A stretch of 64,000 nucleotides of DNA from Lama guanicoe (GCA_013239625.1 MU053504.1:312001-376000); one strand, 5' to 3'; numbered from the stretch's first letter, positions 1 through 14,255 are shown. The notes: generated from the sequence alone by a model not told the origin. A program made the numbers and translations.

Positions 1-130
1 CACAGTCCCCACCCCTCCCTATTATTATCCCTGACACTGAGGCCAAAGGTCAGCTGCCGTGGATTCTCAGGCTCAGGCTGCTGTTTATCTTATACCCAAT
101 CCCTTATTCACATTAGAAGGCAATGTAGAG

Positions 131-267
131 CAGGGGTTCCCAAATTTGAGCAAGCATCAAATTCACCTGGAAGGCTTGGTAAAACACATTACTGGGCCTT
201 CTCCCAGAGTGGCTGATTCAGTATGTCTGGGCAGGGCCTGAGAATTTGCATTGCTAACAGGTTCTCA
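131..267. mobile_element. MER5A-like hAT-Charlie MITE
   Basis: CAGGGGTTCCCAAA...ATCAAATTCACCTGGAAGGCTT...CTGAGAATTTGCATT motifs. Confidence 0.8.
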
Positions 268-1773
268 CTTTACAAGTGGAGTAGGGTTAAGAGTTAGACT
301 GCTTGGGTTCAAATCCCAGCTCTGCCCCTTATCCTTGCCCATGTGACCTTGAACTAGTGTCTTAACCTCTCTGTGCTTCAGTTTTCCCATCTGTAAAATA
401 GGAATCATACTGGCCAACCTTACTGAACCTTGTGAACCTGAGCAGGCCTGATACTTACAAGGGTCTCGGTAATCTTACAGTCACCACCTGCCATGCCTCC
501 ACTGGTGTTTGCGATCTTGGATTTGCTTTGGCAATCAGCACAGAACTCTTAATTTGAGGTCAACATTTCTGGGGTAGAGTTTCTTTATACTTGGGGTGTG
601 CCTTGCATGAGAACATCGTGTGTCTTGGTGGACTAAAGGATTTAACACAGCTGTCCTGAAGCACTCCCTGCAAGTGAAAAGGATGCGGAAGGAGAAAAAG
701 AAACCATTGACCATTGCCCCAAGGCAGGGCAACCTGAGGAGGGTCAGGCCCTGCCCTGGGCCCTGCTCTGTCCTCAAGAAGGATCCAGAACCATGTAGGG
801 GGGCCCCACACAGAGAGTGATGGGCAGTGCTGTCTCCGATCCCTGCTGGCCATGGAGGATGCATGTCACTGATGACCAGAGGAAATAAACAACATCTGGG
901 CTCCCGTCTGCCTGCTCAGACCGCCACATCTGGGAGACAGTCACTGCCACTGCAGGCTGGCTCAGAGGACCCCTGGGCACATTCCTGCTTTGGGGGGCAG
1001 ATTGCACCATCCCCAGCAAGGGATGGGTCCTGGAGATGACTCCTGGTTTGGAGACCCAGAAAAAGGGGGGAACTTGAGATGATCTCAAATTTGCACAATG
1101 ACAAACCACCATTTTCTGGCTGGGTGATCTTAGGCAAGTGCCTTCACTCCTTTGAACCTGTCTCCTCTTTTGAAAAATGGGGACAATGGGACAACCACCT
1201 CCCAGGCACCCGAGAACGCATCCATGCGAAGTGCTTAGCACAGCTCTTTGGAGCTTGATTTTATTACTTGATTCATGGCAGATGCATGAGAGGCTCCCAG
1301 AGGTGCTCCCTTAAGCGCTGGGGCCCAGCTGGGCTTGTTCTTCAAATTTCCCCAGCCTTACATATCGTAGGTGCCCACTAACTGTTTCTTAAATGAATGA
1401 ATGAATAATGGCTTAATAAAAGTTATCAAAAACTGTTCTCAGGGAGCCTGCAGTCTAGTTGGGAGGACGAAACCCACACATAGCAAAGAAAGCTGATGAC
1501 GTCTGCCCAGCAGAGCTCAGAGCCAAGTGAAGGCTCCAGCAGTCAGAGGCTGGGCTCAGAGACTGTAGTCATCAGGGGTGGTTTTCTGGAGAGGCAGATG
1601 TAGGGACAGGAGCAGGACTAGCTTGCGGAGGAGGAGGAAAGGTTTTTAAGTGAAGTGAGTACGTGACGGTATATGAGTTGGTGGCAGGAAGGGAGCTTGG
1701 GTGGGGAGCAGACAGCAAATCCTGGCTGAGGTGTCATACAGGAAACCAAGGGGTTAATGAGCAAGACCTTCAG

Positions 1774-1776
<3 letters not shown>

Positions 1777-1836
<60 letters not shown>
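1777..1836 (+). repeat. (ATA)20 perfect microsatellite
   Basis: Read directly; it produces the poly-Ile and poly-Tyr spurious ORFs. Confidence 0.97.
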
Positions 1837-1837
<1 letters not shown>

Positions 1838-1849
1838 ACATCCCAAGTG

Positions 1850-2465
1850 GAAACTTTTATCCTTTGCCCCCTCATCCCTGCCAAACCTGCCTCACTTGTC
1901 CATCTGAGTCAATGGCTACTCCACTTATAGTTAAAAACCTTGGAGTCACCCTGCCCCTCTCTTTCCTTCCCGTCCCACATGCAGTCTGTCAGAAATTGGT
2001 CTGCACCAACACCCAGCACCTTCCCCCTCTCTGCCCATTGTTACTCTCCCTGCTCCAGCTACACTGGCCTCATTCTTGCTGTTCCTCAAACAAGCCAAGA
2101 CCACTCCCACCTCAGGGCATTTGCACTTGCTCTTCCCTTTGCCTGGAATGCCCTTCCCATGTGCATTACCAGGGCTCACCCTCCTCAGGTCTCTGCTGGA
2201 ATGCCTGTCCCCTTCCCTGGGAGACCTCCCTGACCACCTTGCCTGCAGTAGCACCCATCCTCGCATCCCTGTCTCACCCCGCTTTGTTCTTTGGCATTTA
2301 TCCCCCGCTGATATGTGACATGTTTGTTTGAAGTCTCAAGAGGTCTCATTTTGCCCCACCTCCACACACACAAAAATGGAATCTCCCTGAAGTAGGTGTT
2401 TCTAGCTGTTCACATCAGAAGCATCAGTACCCGGTATACAGTAAGTGCTCAGTGAGAACCTGTGG
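1850..2465 (+). mobile_element. L2 LINE 3' fragment
   Basis: CCTCAGGGCATTTGCACTTGCTCTTCCCTTTGCCTGGAATGCCCTTCC and terminal CAGTAAGTGCTCAGT motifs. Confidence 0.8.
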
Positions 2466-4774
2466 GTGGGGGAGTGGACTCAGACAGGTTCTGGCTCTGC
2501 CCATAGTGGAGCGATCTGGCTGTGTGGCCTCAGGCAGGTGTCTTGCCTCTCTGATCCTCTATGAGCCTGCCTTGAGTGCTATAAAGCACCCCAAGAGCTG
2601 TGTATAAAGCACCTGGCAATACTGGGGGCAGGAAACACTAGCTGCTAATTCCCTTTCCCTCCCTGGGGAGTTGCTGGTTCCTGGGCTCATTATCGCTGTT
2701 GACGCCTCTCGTGGCTTTCTGGGAGGTGGTAAAGGCTTAAGCTTTGGCTGAGCAGGAGGATGCTGCAGCATTTAGGAACTGGTGGGACACTTCTAGCCCA
2801 TTTGGAGACCCAATGCCACTTGTGGGGGCTGGGGGGGTACTAGGATGATGCCTACTGGTTCAGATCGGGAGGCTCCCACAATCCCTGGAGGAGGACGAGT
2901 GCCAGAATTCCAGGGAAGGGGGGGAGGGGACTTCCTAAGAGAACTGAGAGCCCATGATTCCTAAGATGCTTGCAACTGCGAGAGGGATCAGGTCTCGCAG
3001 TTTGCTCCACCCATGACTCTCTTCACCCCGCCATGTTGAACCCCAAGATGGACAGAGCTCAGGGCTGGGAACAAGGACTGTGCTTCCTGTCTTGGCTGAG
3101 ACCTGGATTCACTGTGTGACCCTTGGCGATGTACCTCATCACCCCCTGCCTCAGTTTCCCCAGCAGAAAAATAAGGGATTGGTCTTGATAAAGGGCTTTC
3201 AAACTTTTTCCAGCCAAGGAAGCTTCCTTTTTCCCAAGATGGGATGGGATCTGGGAGACAAACTTGGGCAGATGAGAGCTGAGCTGCTTTGGCCGAGGCC
3301 TGCATGGGGCGAGGGGGAGGCTCTCAAGCCAGTTCTCTTGGCTCCCTTCACCCACTTCTAGGGGCAGCCCCTAAGGGTGTGGATAATCTCTAAGAACCTT
3401 GGAGCCCCAAAGCCCCACAGCACTAATGGCAGTAGAAGAGGCAATGTAGCATTGTGGAGCATTTAAGCCATCTCTGCAGGCAGACAGCCTGGGTCCAATC
3501 CCAACCTAAGCCTTAGTTTCCCCATCAGTAAAATGGGCATAGTAATTGTCCTCATCCATTGCTGTGAAGGTTCTGTAAGTTGGTGTGTGTGACATGCTCA
3601 GAACGGGGCTTGGCAGATGGTAGGTGCACGGCAGTGGGGTGGCTGTGAGCAGTGCGGGGCTCTTACAAGGCCAGACTCTGTTGCAACAACCCTATGAGGT
3701 TATTATCTCCTCTTACAGACAAAGAATTTAAGGTACAGAGAAAGTAAGTAAGTGGCCCAGGATGACACAGCTGGTGAGTGGCAAGCTGGGATTTGAAGCA
3801 AGGCAGTCTTAGTAATTGGTAGTTATTATTAAGTACTAGGGAGAAACTTGCCCCCAGAATATGTCCCATATAAACACCCTCATCACCTCATAAAATTAAG
3901 CCCTAAGGAAGCTCTGGATATAACATCACCTCCCAGTGCAGAGAAAACCTGCCACTCCGCTGCCAGCGAGCATCAGGGAAGGGGGCTGGGCTGCCACATC
4001 GGACCCCATCCGTATTCCAGGGACAGCCTAGCCCCACTCAGCGAGCACCCCGGGGAACTGGAGGTTCCGAGGGGTGACAGAGAGTTCAGAATCCAGTTTG
4101 GGCCTCCAGACATGGGGTGAGCATCTTTAGGGACCCTATTTCTCCCCACAGGCTCCCTCCCCCTCTTAAAGCCTTGTAGATGGAAGACAGCCCCAGATGT
4201 GGACTCATCCTAGTTCTCCAGGTCCTCCAGCAAGCACTTCCCTGTCTCTGGATCTCAGTTTCTCCAACTGTCAAATGGAAAGTTAAACTCAGTGTTTCTA
4301 AGGGCCCAATAGCCATCGATCCACCCATCCGTCCATCAATCCAGCAGGTATTTCTTTTTTTTTTTTTTAACATTTTTTCAGCAGGTATTTCTTGAATGCC
4401 TGCAATGTACCAGGTCCTTGTCTAGACTCCAGGAACTTGCGGGTGAAAACAAGAAACAAAAACTCTCCTTTGCTTTTATTTTCTTTATTCGATAAAGTTA
4501 AAAGACAAACCACAGACCTGCGGAAACATTTTCAACAGATGCACAAAATGATAGTAGACTATCGGGAAGATAAATTTCACAGGCACCTAGTCTTGTTCAC
4601 CCAGGCCTCCCAGTGCCACACACAGTGTCGGGGTACATCAGGTGCTCTGTAAATGGTTACTGCTTGAATGAACAAATGAGATTTACCATGTTGCTCCAAA
4701 ACTTGTGACTAAGGATGGAAACAAAGTTGGAGTCCTTCCCTTCCCCTGCCACCGTTTTCTAAAGAGAGCTGCCT

Positions 4775-4984
4775 AGAGACACAATACTATATATAAAATA
4801 GATAAATAAGGACCTACTGTATAGCACAGGGAAATATATTCAATTTCTTGTAATAAGCTGTAATGGAGAAGAATCTGAAAAAAATATGTATGCATATGTA
4901 TAACTGAATCGCTTTGCTGTACACCTGAAACTAACATTGTAAATCAATTACACATCAATTTTTTAAAAAATAAAGAGGGAAAAA
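4775..4984 (+). mobile_element. Young 5'-truncated L1 3' end
   Basis: L1 3' UTR motif CTACTGTATAGCACAGGG...GCTGTACACCTGAAACTAAC and A-rich tail. 15-bp TSD TAAAGAGAGCTGCCT at 4760-4774 and 4985-4999. Confidence 0.9.
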
Positions 4985-7725
4985 TAAAGAGAGCTGCCTC
5001 ATGAGTATGGAATAGGAGCCAGACATCGCCTTCAGAACTTAGCAAGGGGGAGGCCAACTATCTTTGCACCCTCCATCCTCTTCCCCTCCACGGCCTCCCC
5101 AGCTGGTGTAAACCAATGTTTGAAGAGGATCCAAGAAGGAGTGTCCAGCAGGGACTGGGGCAGGGCAGGGCACTTCTCCAATTCCCTAAACCCAGAGGGG
5201 CAGCAAGAGAATCGCTCATAGTTTGGAGGGAAACTGAAATACGTGGAAATGGACATTTCATCCCCTGACTGAACACACACTTGCTGATCCCTCCCACGTT
5301 TACTGAAGGAGAAGGGAGAATGAATGAAAGATGCAGAAGGGGTGGGGTCAGTCCCTCTGGAGCCGGCACTGCCACCATTTGGCCAATTCTCTGTCTGGAA
5401 TGAGTGGATGCTGACAGAGGCTGTTGAGCCGAATCCAAGCTGCAGATTCCCAACCCAAAGGAGCAAGAGCCTGTGGGTGGGACCAGGGGGTAGTGAGGGA
5501 GCTAGGAAGATCAGAAGAGGTGGGGCCCACACTCCTCCCCCAGTATATCACATCTGTGCCACAGTTAGGGCACCTACCACACACGGAGGGCATGGAGGGA
5601 GGCACAGGAATGTTTAGACCCAATCCCTTCCCTACTGCTCACTGGTGATGGGGCCCAGGGTTTTCCCAGTGCTGGGACTTGTAAGGCTACAGTAGCACCA
5701 GAGAAGTGAGAGACAGCTGTCCCTGTCCCCATCTCTCTTCTGCTCCATGACACACAAGACAGGGAGGCAGGGCAGGAACATGACATATCTCTCCACCAGG
5801 GCAGATGAGTGGGGTCAAGAGGCAAGTCAGTGATGGGGAAGGACAGAGCTTCGAATTAGATCTGTGTTTTTCAAATTAACCACTGGACTGGGCTTTTTAA
5901 TACCAGAAAGCTCTGAGATTAGCCCCGAGTTATTAAGGATTGGTTTTCAGTGATAGAATTATAGAGAGAGAGTGAGAAAAAGAGCAAATGGCCTGTTTAT
6001 GACCCTCTGTTACAGGTTCAGTCTGATCATTAAGCCTGTTACACACAAAGTAGGCCAAGGATGACCATCTTTCATATACAAAGAGCTCCTAGAAATCAAG
6101 AAAAAGAAAACCAAGAACAATCCAATGTGGGAACATGGGCAAAAAAAATACAAGTAGTTCATAGAAGAAAGACAAATGGGCCAGTAAGCTCATGAAGAGC
6201 TAGTCCATTGCACTAGTAATTTTCAAAGTGATGTTTAGAATGAGAATGAAATATTACTTGTGACCTCCCAGATAGGTAAACTGAAAAACTGACACAATTC
6301 AGTGCTCATTTTAAAGAAGGGATTTGGGCAGTGTCTGTTAAAGTTTGAGCTCTGAGCCTCAGGACACCATCTCTGAGCCTCAGGACACCATATGGGAACC
6401 ATAATCCTTCTTGCCCAGTTAAAACCAGAATTAAGAGCTGGAACCAAGATGAGCGGCCACAGCCAGAGATGCTGGTCTCTGTGAGCTCTGGCAGAGCCTC
6501 TGAGGGACCAGGTCCGCAGATGGGCAGAACCAGGCTGATGCCGGCTGAGTGTCTGTGGTTTGCAGGACCCTATGCTACTGGGTTCTTGTGTTAAATCATT
6601 GCAAACCTATCACAGCCTTATAAAGCTGGGCTACACTTACCCCCTCTTCATGGATGAGAAAACTGAGGCTCAGAGAGGTGAAGTGGTTGACCAAAGAAAT
6701 CACATCAAAGAGTCAAAACCAGAGGCAAAGCAGAGCCCAGGCTCCTCATTGCTGGGGGCCTCTTTGCCCCTCCCTGCTGACTCACCCCCTGTGGCTCTCA
6801 AACAGAGACGTGCCAAGAAAGCCATATGTCTCTCAGGGCCCAAGGCCCACCAGAGAGGGGCCCCGAGCTGTTTGCAGGGACAGACAAGAGAGAGGAGGCT
6901 AAGGGAACAGCTCAGTGGTCTTAAGTCTGAAACTGTCTGCACTGTGGAGGGTGCCCCAGCAGCATCCCCAGACCTTCAGTAAAGTCTGCATTCCCCACAA
7001 TGTCCTGAGTGCCAGGTTTTAATGGAGGAGGGGGCTGGAGGGAGGGCTATTGATGCAAGAGAATAAGATGATCCATGACCAGAAGCCATTCAGCCAAAGC
7101 AGCTCTGGGAGAATACCAGCCATCGGCTGGGGATGCTCAGCCCTCGGGGAGGACGGAGGGCAACTTCCCCAGGCCCCGGGGGCAGGGGTCTTTAGCTGAC
7201 ACCTCTCCTACTCATCTGCTGGGCCCACCACCACTGTCAGTCTGGGGCCCCCAAGGTCAGGGTCCAGCTGACAGCAAGTGTTCAACAGATGTGTGCTGGC
7301 TGAAATGCAGTGAGCCAGGGGACACCCAGGAAAGAGAGAGGACAAAGCATCACCTGCATTTGAGAGTTTCAGGAGTGTCCTCAGGAAGGGCCGAGGGCAG
7401 CTGCATCAGGATTGCCAACACTTGGCAAGGATAGAGAATCTGGGGTTTATACCATTCTCATGACCTTCTTATGAAGATTTTTTGTAAGATTGAAGAGCCT
7501 AGACCATTAGGCAGAAGAACCTACTTCCTCTCCCAAAAAACCTCCTAGGGTTTGACCACTTGAACAGTATCATAAGTAACAATTTCTGTTCTCCAAAAGA
7601 CATACAAAGTTAGCAGCTGGGCCCCAGAATGAAGAAAGATATCTTCCATGTCAAAACTCAACAGGGGATTAACATGTAAGTTATGCAAGGAAGTCCTATA
7701 AATTGTTAAGAAAAATTCAGGAAAC

Positions 7726-8112
7726 CCAATAAAAATGTGGGCAAATAAAAATACAATAAAAAATTTAAAGCAAAAAGCCTAAAAATTAAAAGATTTAAAA
7801 TAAAAAATAATAATTGAATAAGAATAATTTAAATGAACAGAAATTTAAAATAAAGCAGCACCTTAGAAATATATTAAGTGATTTAAAAAACTTGGAAAAA
7901 TAAAATGGAAGAGTAACATAAAAATATATTTGTAAATTTAAATAAACTACATTAAAAAGACTCTATTAAAACTTTGAAAATAAAGTTACAATGTTAAATA
8001 AAATAAACACGAAAAATGTTTAAATAAGTGAAATAAATTTTAAGAGGAAAATTAAAAATTGGCAATTTGTAACCATTAAAAAAAAAAGAAAAGCAAAATA
8101 ATACAAAACAAG
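7726..8112 (+). repeat. A-rich low-complexity region attached to an old L1 fragment
   Basis: About 390 bp dominated by A/T runs. Confidence 0.8.
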
Positions 8113-11100
8113 AGCATTATCGGCTCGACTGATGCTAATAATGTGCTACGAATTAAGCCTGATTGACTCAGATGCCTGCCAGAAGCGGGGCAAGAGAAGG
8201 GGAGGAAGGAAAAGCATGTCTGAAAGGCAGCATCTGACTGGGTTTTTCCAGCCTGCTGTGGGCAGAGGGCAGGACGTCAGGCCCCACCATGGCCTCATCC
8301 ACAAATAGCCATCACATCATTTATACATTTATAATGTGCCAGCACCACACACACACACACATCCTTCTGTCCTCATTGCTGTCTTCTGAGGGCTGCTTTC
8401 TTAAAGGAGTGACCAGAAGCTCAGAGAGGGTGAGTCACTGTGCCATATACACACAGCACTTATGACTTCCTTATCTTCTGAATCTGAACTCTCAAAGTAA
8501 CCTTGTTTTGGAGAGTTAGAGCTGTCGGGGACTTTCAAACAGAGGCTAGGGCAGATCTGACATCAGCCTGGAACTTTCCGGACACTAGAAAGAGCCAAAC
8601 TTCCCATGACGCATGACCATCATCATCATTTATTAAGCACCCACTGTCTCCCAGGTGGGTTACATGGATGATTTTGATCTTCAGGACCACCCTATGATGG
8701 AGATGCTATTGTCACCCCCATTGTACTGACAGACAACACTGCGATTCAGGATGAAATATTTTCACCAAGCATGACAGTAGCAGAGCTGGGAGCTAAGCCC
8801 AGGCCAGTCACAGCCCAAAGCCCACACCCCGTGCCTGGCACTGGACACTCTTCGATGTCATTAACCGAGCGCTCACTACATGCTAGGGATGCGTTTCACG
8901 CCCCATTTTGCAAAATACCCAACAGAGGCCCAGAGGCGAGAGGTGATCTGCCCAAGGTCACTCAGCTGGTGAGCGGCAGAGCCGTGGCCTTCATGACAGT
9001 CTGCCGGCCTCCCACTGCTCATCTGGGACTTGCTAGAGACAGCCGTGCCTGCCTGCCAACACCAGAGCAGGCACCAGAAGGGCAGTGGCGACATTCCTTC
9101 TCCGTGTGTCTCCACCCCTGCGGATGTGGGCACCGCTGTCAGGCTGCAGGGAAAGTGAAGACTTCTGGCAAAAGGGAGCGGTCTCCCTATGTGGTCTGGG
9201 TCCCACAGGCTTGGGACTTTGGAGCTGGTGAAACAGAACCCCCCCACACACAACGGCGCAGAGGCCTCCCCCACCGCGAGCCACAGAGCAGGGGCCCTCT
9301 GAATCACGCAGCATTACAAGAGCTCATCCCCAGGCAGGCGATGATGGCCCAGCCTGAGGAAGCAGTGCCCAAGATGAGTGAGCTTCACTCATGCAATGGG
9401 AACCAGACTGTGCCCCATGGGACCTGGAGGAATCCTCAGAGGTGGAGTTGACGTCATGTACATTCCGGATGGTGCTGATGGCTGCACGGGCTAAGAAAGA
9501 AGGCTCTGGCCATGGAGACCTGAGGGCACATCCCAACTTCTCCCCGTCCTGGCTGTGTGCCCTTGGCGAGTTTGGAGGGCCTCTGTAGAATAAGCTCAAA
9601 TCACCTTGTGCGCTTATTCATCTGGATGAATTGGGAGAAGGCAGAGCAGGGTGGCTCTGCGCCCAACCTTTGGAATCAATTGTCTGGGTTTAAATCCTGG
9701 CTTTGTCAAACTTACTTGCCAAGCTATTGGACTGTAATGTACAAAATCGCTAATATTTGGCTGTTTTTGACCTACAACCATAGCGATTTCATATACTTCA
9801 ACTAATGTTCCCCTCTTTCTTAATTCAGTTTCCTCCTCTGTACAAATGTGAATAGTAACAGTCCCTTCACTGGTGGCTGTGAGGATTAAAGAAGGCTGTG
9901 AGGCTACTGAGCTCAGTCGTTGGAACGTGGGCTCTGGGACCAGGCAGGATTTGAACCTTGGCTATGTGACCTTGAGCAGGTCACTTAACCCCTCTCTGTG
10001 CCTTGGTTTTCTCATCTGTTAAATGGGGATAATAATAGTGTCTACCTCATAAGTTTATTAGGAGAATTTAATCAGTTTATATGTACAGTGCCTGATATGG
10101 TTACATAAAATAAAATAATACAGGTGACATCTGGCATAGACTAAATGCTGAATCAGAAAACCAACTCAAAAAGAGATTTTCCTAAACCTTTGATGCCATT
10201 GAAAATGAAGTATTTTTAAAGACAAGTCTGTTTTTAGGAACATATGTGTGTGTGGATATACATGTGGGGCATGTACTCCTGGGTGTTCACAGAGCCTGGG
10301 CCTGTTCTGCGTCCTGACAGCATCCGCAGCCCGGGGTTTGGAGGGAAGGACTGGCCTTGAGGCCATGGTAGTTCTGTGTGCGGCCCACGTCTCCACCAGG
10401 TCCCTCTTATAGAATCACACAGCCAAGCCACAGACCCGATGTGGCATTCAGGTAACTCCAGAGGCCCTGACGAGGCTCCTGGACCCCGGACTGGGCTCTG
10501 GGTATAATGAAACCTCTGCAGACAGCCTTTCAGCTGTGCAAGCCCTCTTGGTTGCATCCTCTCATCTGGGAGTAAGGCACAGCAGACCGAGTATTCCCCA
10601 GTCACACAGGGGAAACTGAGGCTCCGAGACACTCTAAACCAGGTTTCAGGCTCCGGAGTAAGCTGCCTTCCTCTGCTTCACCAGAGCCACCCTCATCCCC
10701 CAGTCTCTCCTGCATCCTCACCTCCACCCGCAGCTGTGGGTGAGGTACTTCCTCGCTTGAGGCTCCTTTTTCACAAGCGTCGTCTCAAAGGTCTCAACTG
10801 GCCTTTTCAGACCTAACATTCGGTTATTCTATAAGCCTTTTCCAGAACTCCAGAAGAGAAAATGAAAATTGAACTGCTTTGCAAACTGTAAAGTGCTGTA
10901 TAAAGGAGAGCATGGTTAATGGCAGCACTAGATGGATTTTCTGGCATGGTCTATAAGAGGCAGGATTTGCTCCTGTGGTTCTGGAATCTGGAACATTTGC
11001 TATGTGAACTTGGACAGGCCAGCTTCCCTCTCTGAACCAGCTTGTCTCTTCTGTAAAGGAAGAGGGGCAACTGTATCCACCCAGCAGGGCTCGGGGAGGG

Positions 11101-11704
11101 TCCATGTGAAAGGGACATGTAACATCAGGTGCTCACCAGCTGCTGACCAGCTGCTGAAGGGTGTCTGATGCAGGAGGATATTTAGGGCCCCAACAGATCA
11201 TTCCACTTCCAGGGACTGAAGTCCACACACCTTGGGAAGGACATGGCTGCCAAATTCAGGACCATTAGAAACAAGCATAAGAACTAAGGGTTTGCAAAAC
11301 GTGTCCAGGGCAGTTGCTACTTATTAAGGCAATTTGGTGTCATGTTTGGAGCTCCGAGCCAGACTCCGTGGGTTCACACGCTCATGGCTGTGTGACCCCC
11401 TGCGCCTTCGTCTCCCCATTTGCAATTCAGGAGCCCCCAGAACCCGCCTCCTAGAGCTGTCATGAGGACTGCATCGGGCTAAGCTGATGAAGTGGCCTCC
11501 ACACATTTTGGACAATGATAAAAATTACAGTTTTCTGTCTGTACACTCCCAGTACACAGAGTACACACATTCATTCACACACAGATCCCCCAACCATGTG
11601 TGCACACGTGCCACCCTCATATATTCCTATAGAAGCTGATACCCATTTCTCAAAAATGATAATTAATCTTAACACTTGCAATGCACTCTGATATTTTCTA
11701 AAAA

Positions 11705-11917
11705 GGAGGCTGGTAAACTATGGTCCATGGGCTAAACTTGGGCTGCAACCTTTTTTTGTACAGCCTGTGAACTAAGAATGATTTAACGTCTTTAAAGATT
11801 TGTAAAACAACCACCACTACAACAAGGAAGAGTGTGTGACAGATCACACGTGCCCATGTTTTAGAGCCTAAAACATCAACTATCTGGCCCTTTACCAAAG
11901 AAGTTTGCCAACCCCCT
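11705..11917. mobile_element. MER58-like hAT-Charlie MITE
   Basis: Termini GGCTGGTAAACTATGG... and ...CTGGCCCTTTACCAAAGAAGTTTGCCAACCCC. Confidence 0.8.
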
Positions 11918-14103
11918 CTATTTCACTCTGCTCTAAACTGTTCTGTTTTGTTCCATTCTACTCCATTTCAGCATTTGAAATGCTGGCTGCTCTTGCTCAG
12001 TTTATTCCCCTCATCAGCTTGCAAACCCCAATTTGAAAAACTGAATCAATGTGAGCTTTGGTCTTTTTCACTAGATGGAAGGGTGGAAAGATTGATGAAG
12101 AGACAGTGGACTGATGGGTGGAAAGAATGAATAAGGTCCCCTTGTCTTTGGGACACCTCAGCCAAGCAACGTCCCATCTTTGAGTCTCAGATTCCTCTGC
12201 CTATCACTGACCAGCCTCTCTAGACTGTGCAGAGGAGCGGCGGGATCCCATCCATGTCATTTTTTCTGATGAGTGCATCCCTGGCATCTCAAGGGAATTC
12301 TGGACTACCTGACAACACATCTCTGCAGTCTTTGTCAATGCCTAGTCCAGGGCTTGGCCCAGAGAAGGGGCTCAACCAATATTTCTTGTGATGATGGTGA
12401 CAGGCAAGTGGCGTCCAGCGCCCTCTATAACTGGATGCTGGCCCTGTCTGCAATAGGACTTCCACTCCCTCAGCCACACGGCCCTTCCCACCTGGCCAGA
12501 GCCTCCCCTCCTCCTGCCAAAGCCCCCAGCCTCTCCCCTCCTGCCATAGAAATAGAAAAGAATCCTGCTAGCAACTTGCCAAGGGTTCCAAGGAGGAGGC
12601 ATCAGAGGACTAGGACTTAGGAGCCTCCAAAACTCTGGGTCCATACCCCAGCTCAGCTGCTGAGAGCTCCTGAGCGGGTCCCTGTGCCTTTCTGAGACTC
12701 AGCATCCTTGTCTGGGAAATGGTTGTAACACAGGCAGTGCCAACGTCAGAGTTCATAACCCACGTGCAGAACTCCCAGCACATGGCTGGCCCCGAATGAG
12801 TGGCCTCAAGGATCTCCTCTGATGGCAGGGCAGGGGTGGGGAGGTCTCCAGCTATGGGAGAAGCAGGTGGGCCACCTTTGTTCTGTGCCCAGCCGTGGCC
12901 CTGACCTGGAGACAACAAACCTGGGTCCTCCCCTTTGCTGTCCCTGCCTCTGGCACCTGCTTGCTGCATCTCAGCTCCTCTGCCTGTGCACAAGGGACAG
13001 TGCTGCCTGCCTGACCATCCACAAAGGGCTTTGTAGTTTACGGAGAATTCTTCTATTCACTCCACCTAACAGGCCTCTGGAGTGGGCACTGCCACCATCC
13101 TTTTATAGATAAAGAAAAAGAGGCCCAGAGAGGGGAGAAGGGTAGAGGTGAGATACAACCCACATGAGACTCCCCCTCCCCCAGCACAGGGAGCATCCCG
13201 CTCTGCTGTGACATGGGAGGGGAAGTGGTTGAATCCTTATGAAGCACCTACTGTTTGCCTTTAGACCCCTTCCCTCTGGGACTGTGGTGTATCTTCTCAA
13301 ATGCCAAAGTGGTAGGTTCCACTGTTCCCCATTTCAGAGATGTGGAACCATGAATTGGGGAAGGTACGTGGTCTGCCCCAAAACACACATCTAGGGCAGG
13401 AGAGGGCCCTGAATTCCTGTGCTCCTCCCTCTGCCCTTTGCTGCCTCAGGTCTAGAAGGATCTAAAGGCACTATGTGAGAGGGGGATCGTCTCCACTAAG
13501 CCCCCTCCCCAGCAGGCCTTGGACGCTGGGAAAAGTCATTCCCAGCCTGTCCTCTCCTCATTGCCTAAATGAAGCTCTGTATTGAGGTAGGGGTACCGGT
13601 CAGGGCCCCCTCATCCTGCCCAACTGTCCCATTGCCTGGATACCCCAGCTTGTTTCAAGAGAAACGTTTCCATCTGGTTCTGATTCATTTACACTTAATT
13701 AATCAACATGTTTTGTAAGAGACACTTGAGATCCAAAAACCTTTCTCAAGCCTTTTCTTTCAGTCTTTCTTGTCTTAGAAACAGAAAAATTAGGTTTCAT
13801 CAAAAAACAATGACGCTTCAGCTTGAGGAAGCACAGGTCTGCGGGAGCCAGGCCCTGAGGATGACAGCTCAGTCAGGGTGGCTGCTGGGCCCAGCAAGAG
13901 TTCCTCCTGACCTTGCAGAGCAGCCTGAAGGCTGAGGCCAAGGACTGGGGCATGGGGGTGGGGGGCGGTGGAGAGGGCCAAGGCGTCCCTCCACACTGGC
14001 AGCTCCTCCAGGGCGGGCCCCAGGTCCGTTCACCTTAGCATCCCAGAGTTCCCAAAACAGAGCCTGGAGCAGTGTCTGCCCTGTAACACTTGTTGAATGA
14101 ACA

Positions 14104-14255
14104 AGGGAGAGAAAAAGAGAAAGAGAGAGAGAGAGAGAGGGAGGGAGGAAGGAAGGATGGAAGGAAAGAAAGATGGAAGGAAGGAAAAGAGGAAGGAAGA
14201 GAGGAAGAGGGGACGGAAGGGAAAAGAAAAGAAAAGAAAGAAAAAAGAAAAAAAG
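14104..14255 (+). repeat. Polypurine GA/GGAA/GAAAA compound repeat
   Basis: About 150 bp of almost pure A/G. Confidence 0.92.

Noticed and set aside
1618..2331. Poly-Ile and poly-Tyr ORFs (222 aa and 88 aa)
   Set aside because: Created by the (ATA)20 microsatellite running into an L2.
8771..9451. 226-aa plus-strand ORF, and similar long ORFs at 43812-44435 and 49041-49694
   Set aside because: No recognisable domain. The ORFs at 8771 and 49041 overlap MIR or simple-repeat sequence; all fit chance ORFs in GC-rich non-coding DNA.
13670..13702. TWIST1-homeodomain Coordinator motif (CATCTGG near TTAATTAA)
   Set aside because: The spacing between the E-box and the homeodomain site is much longer than that motif requires.
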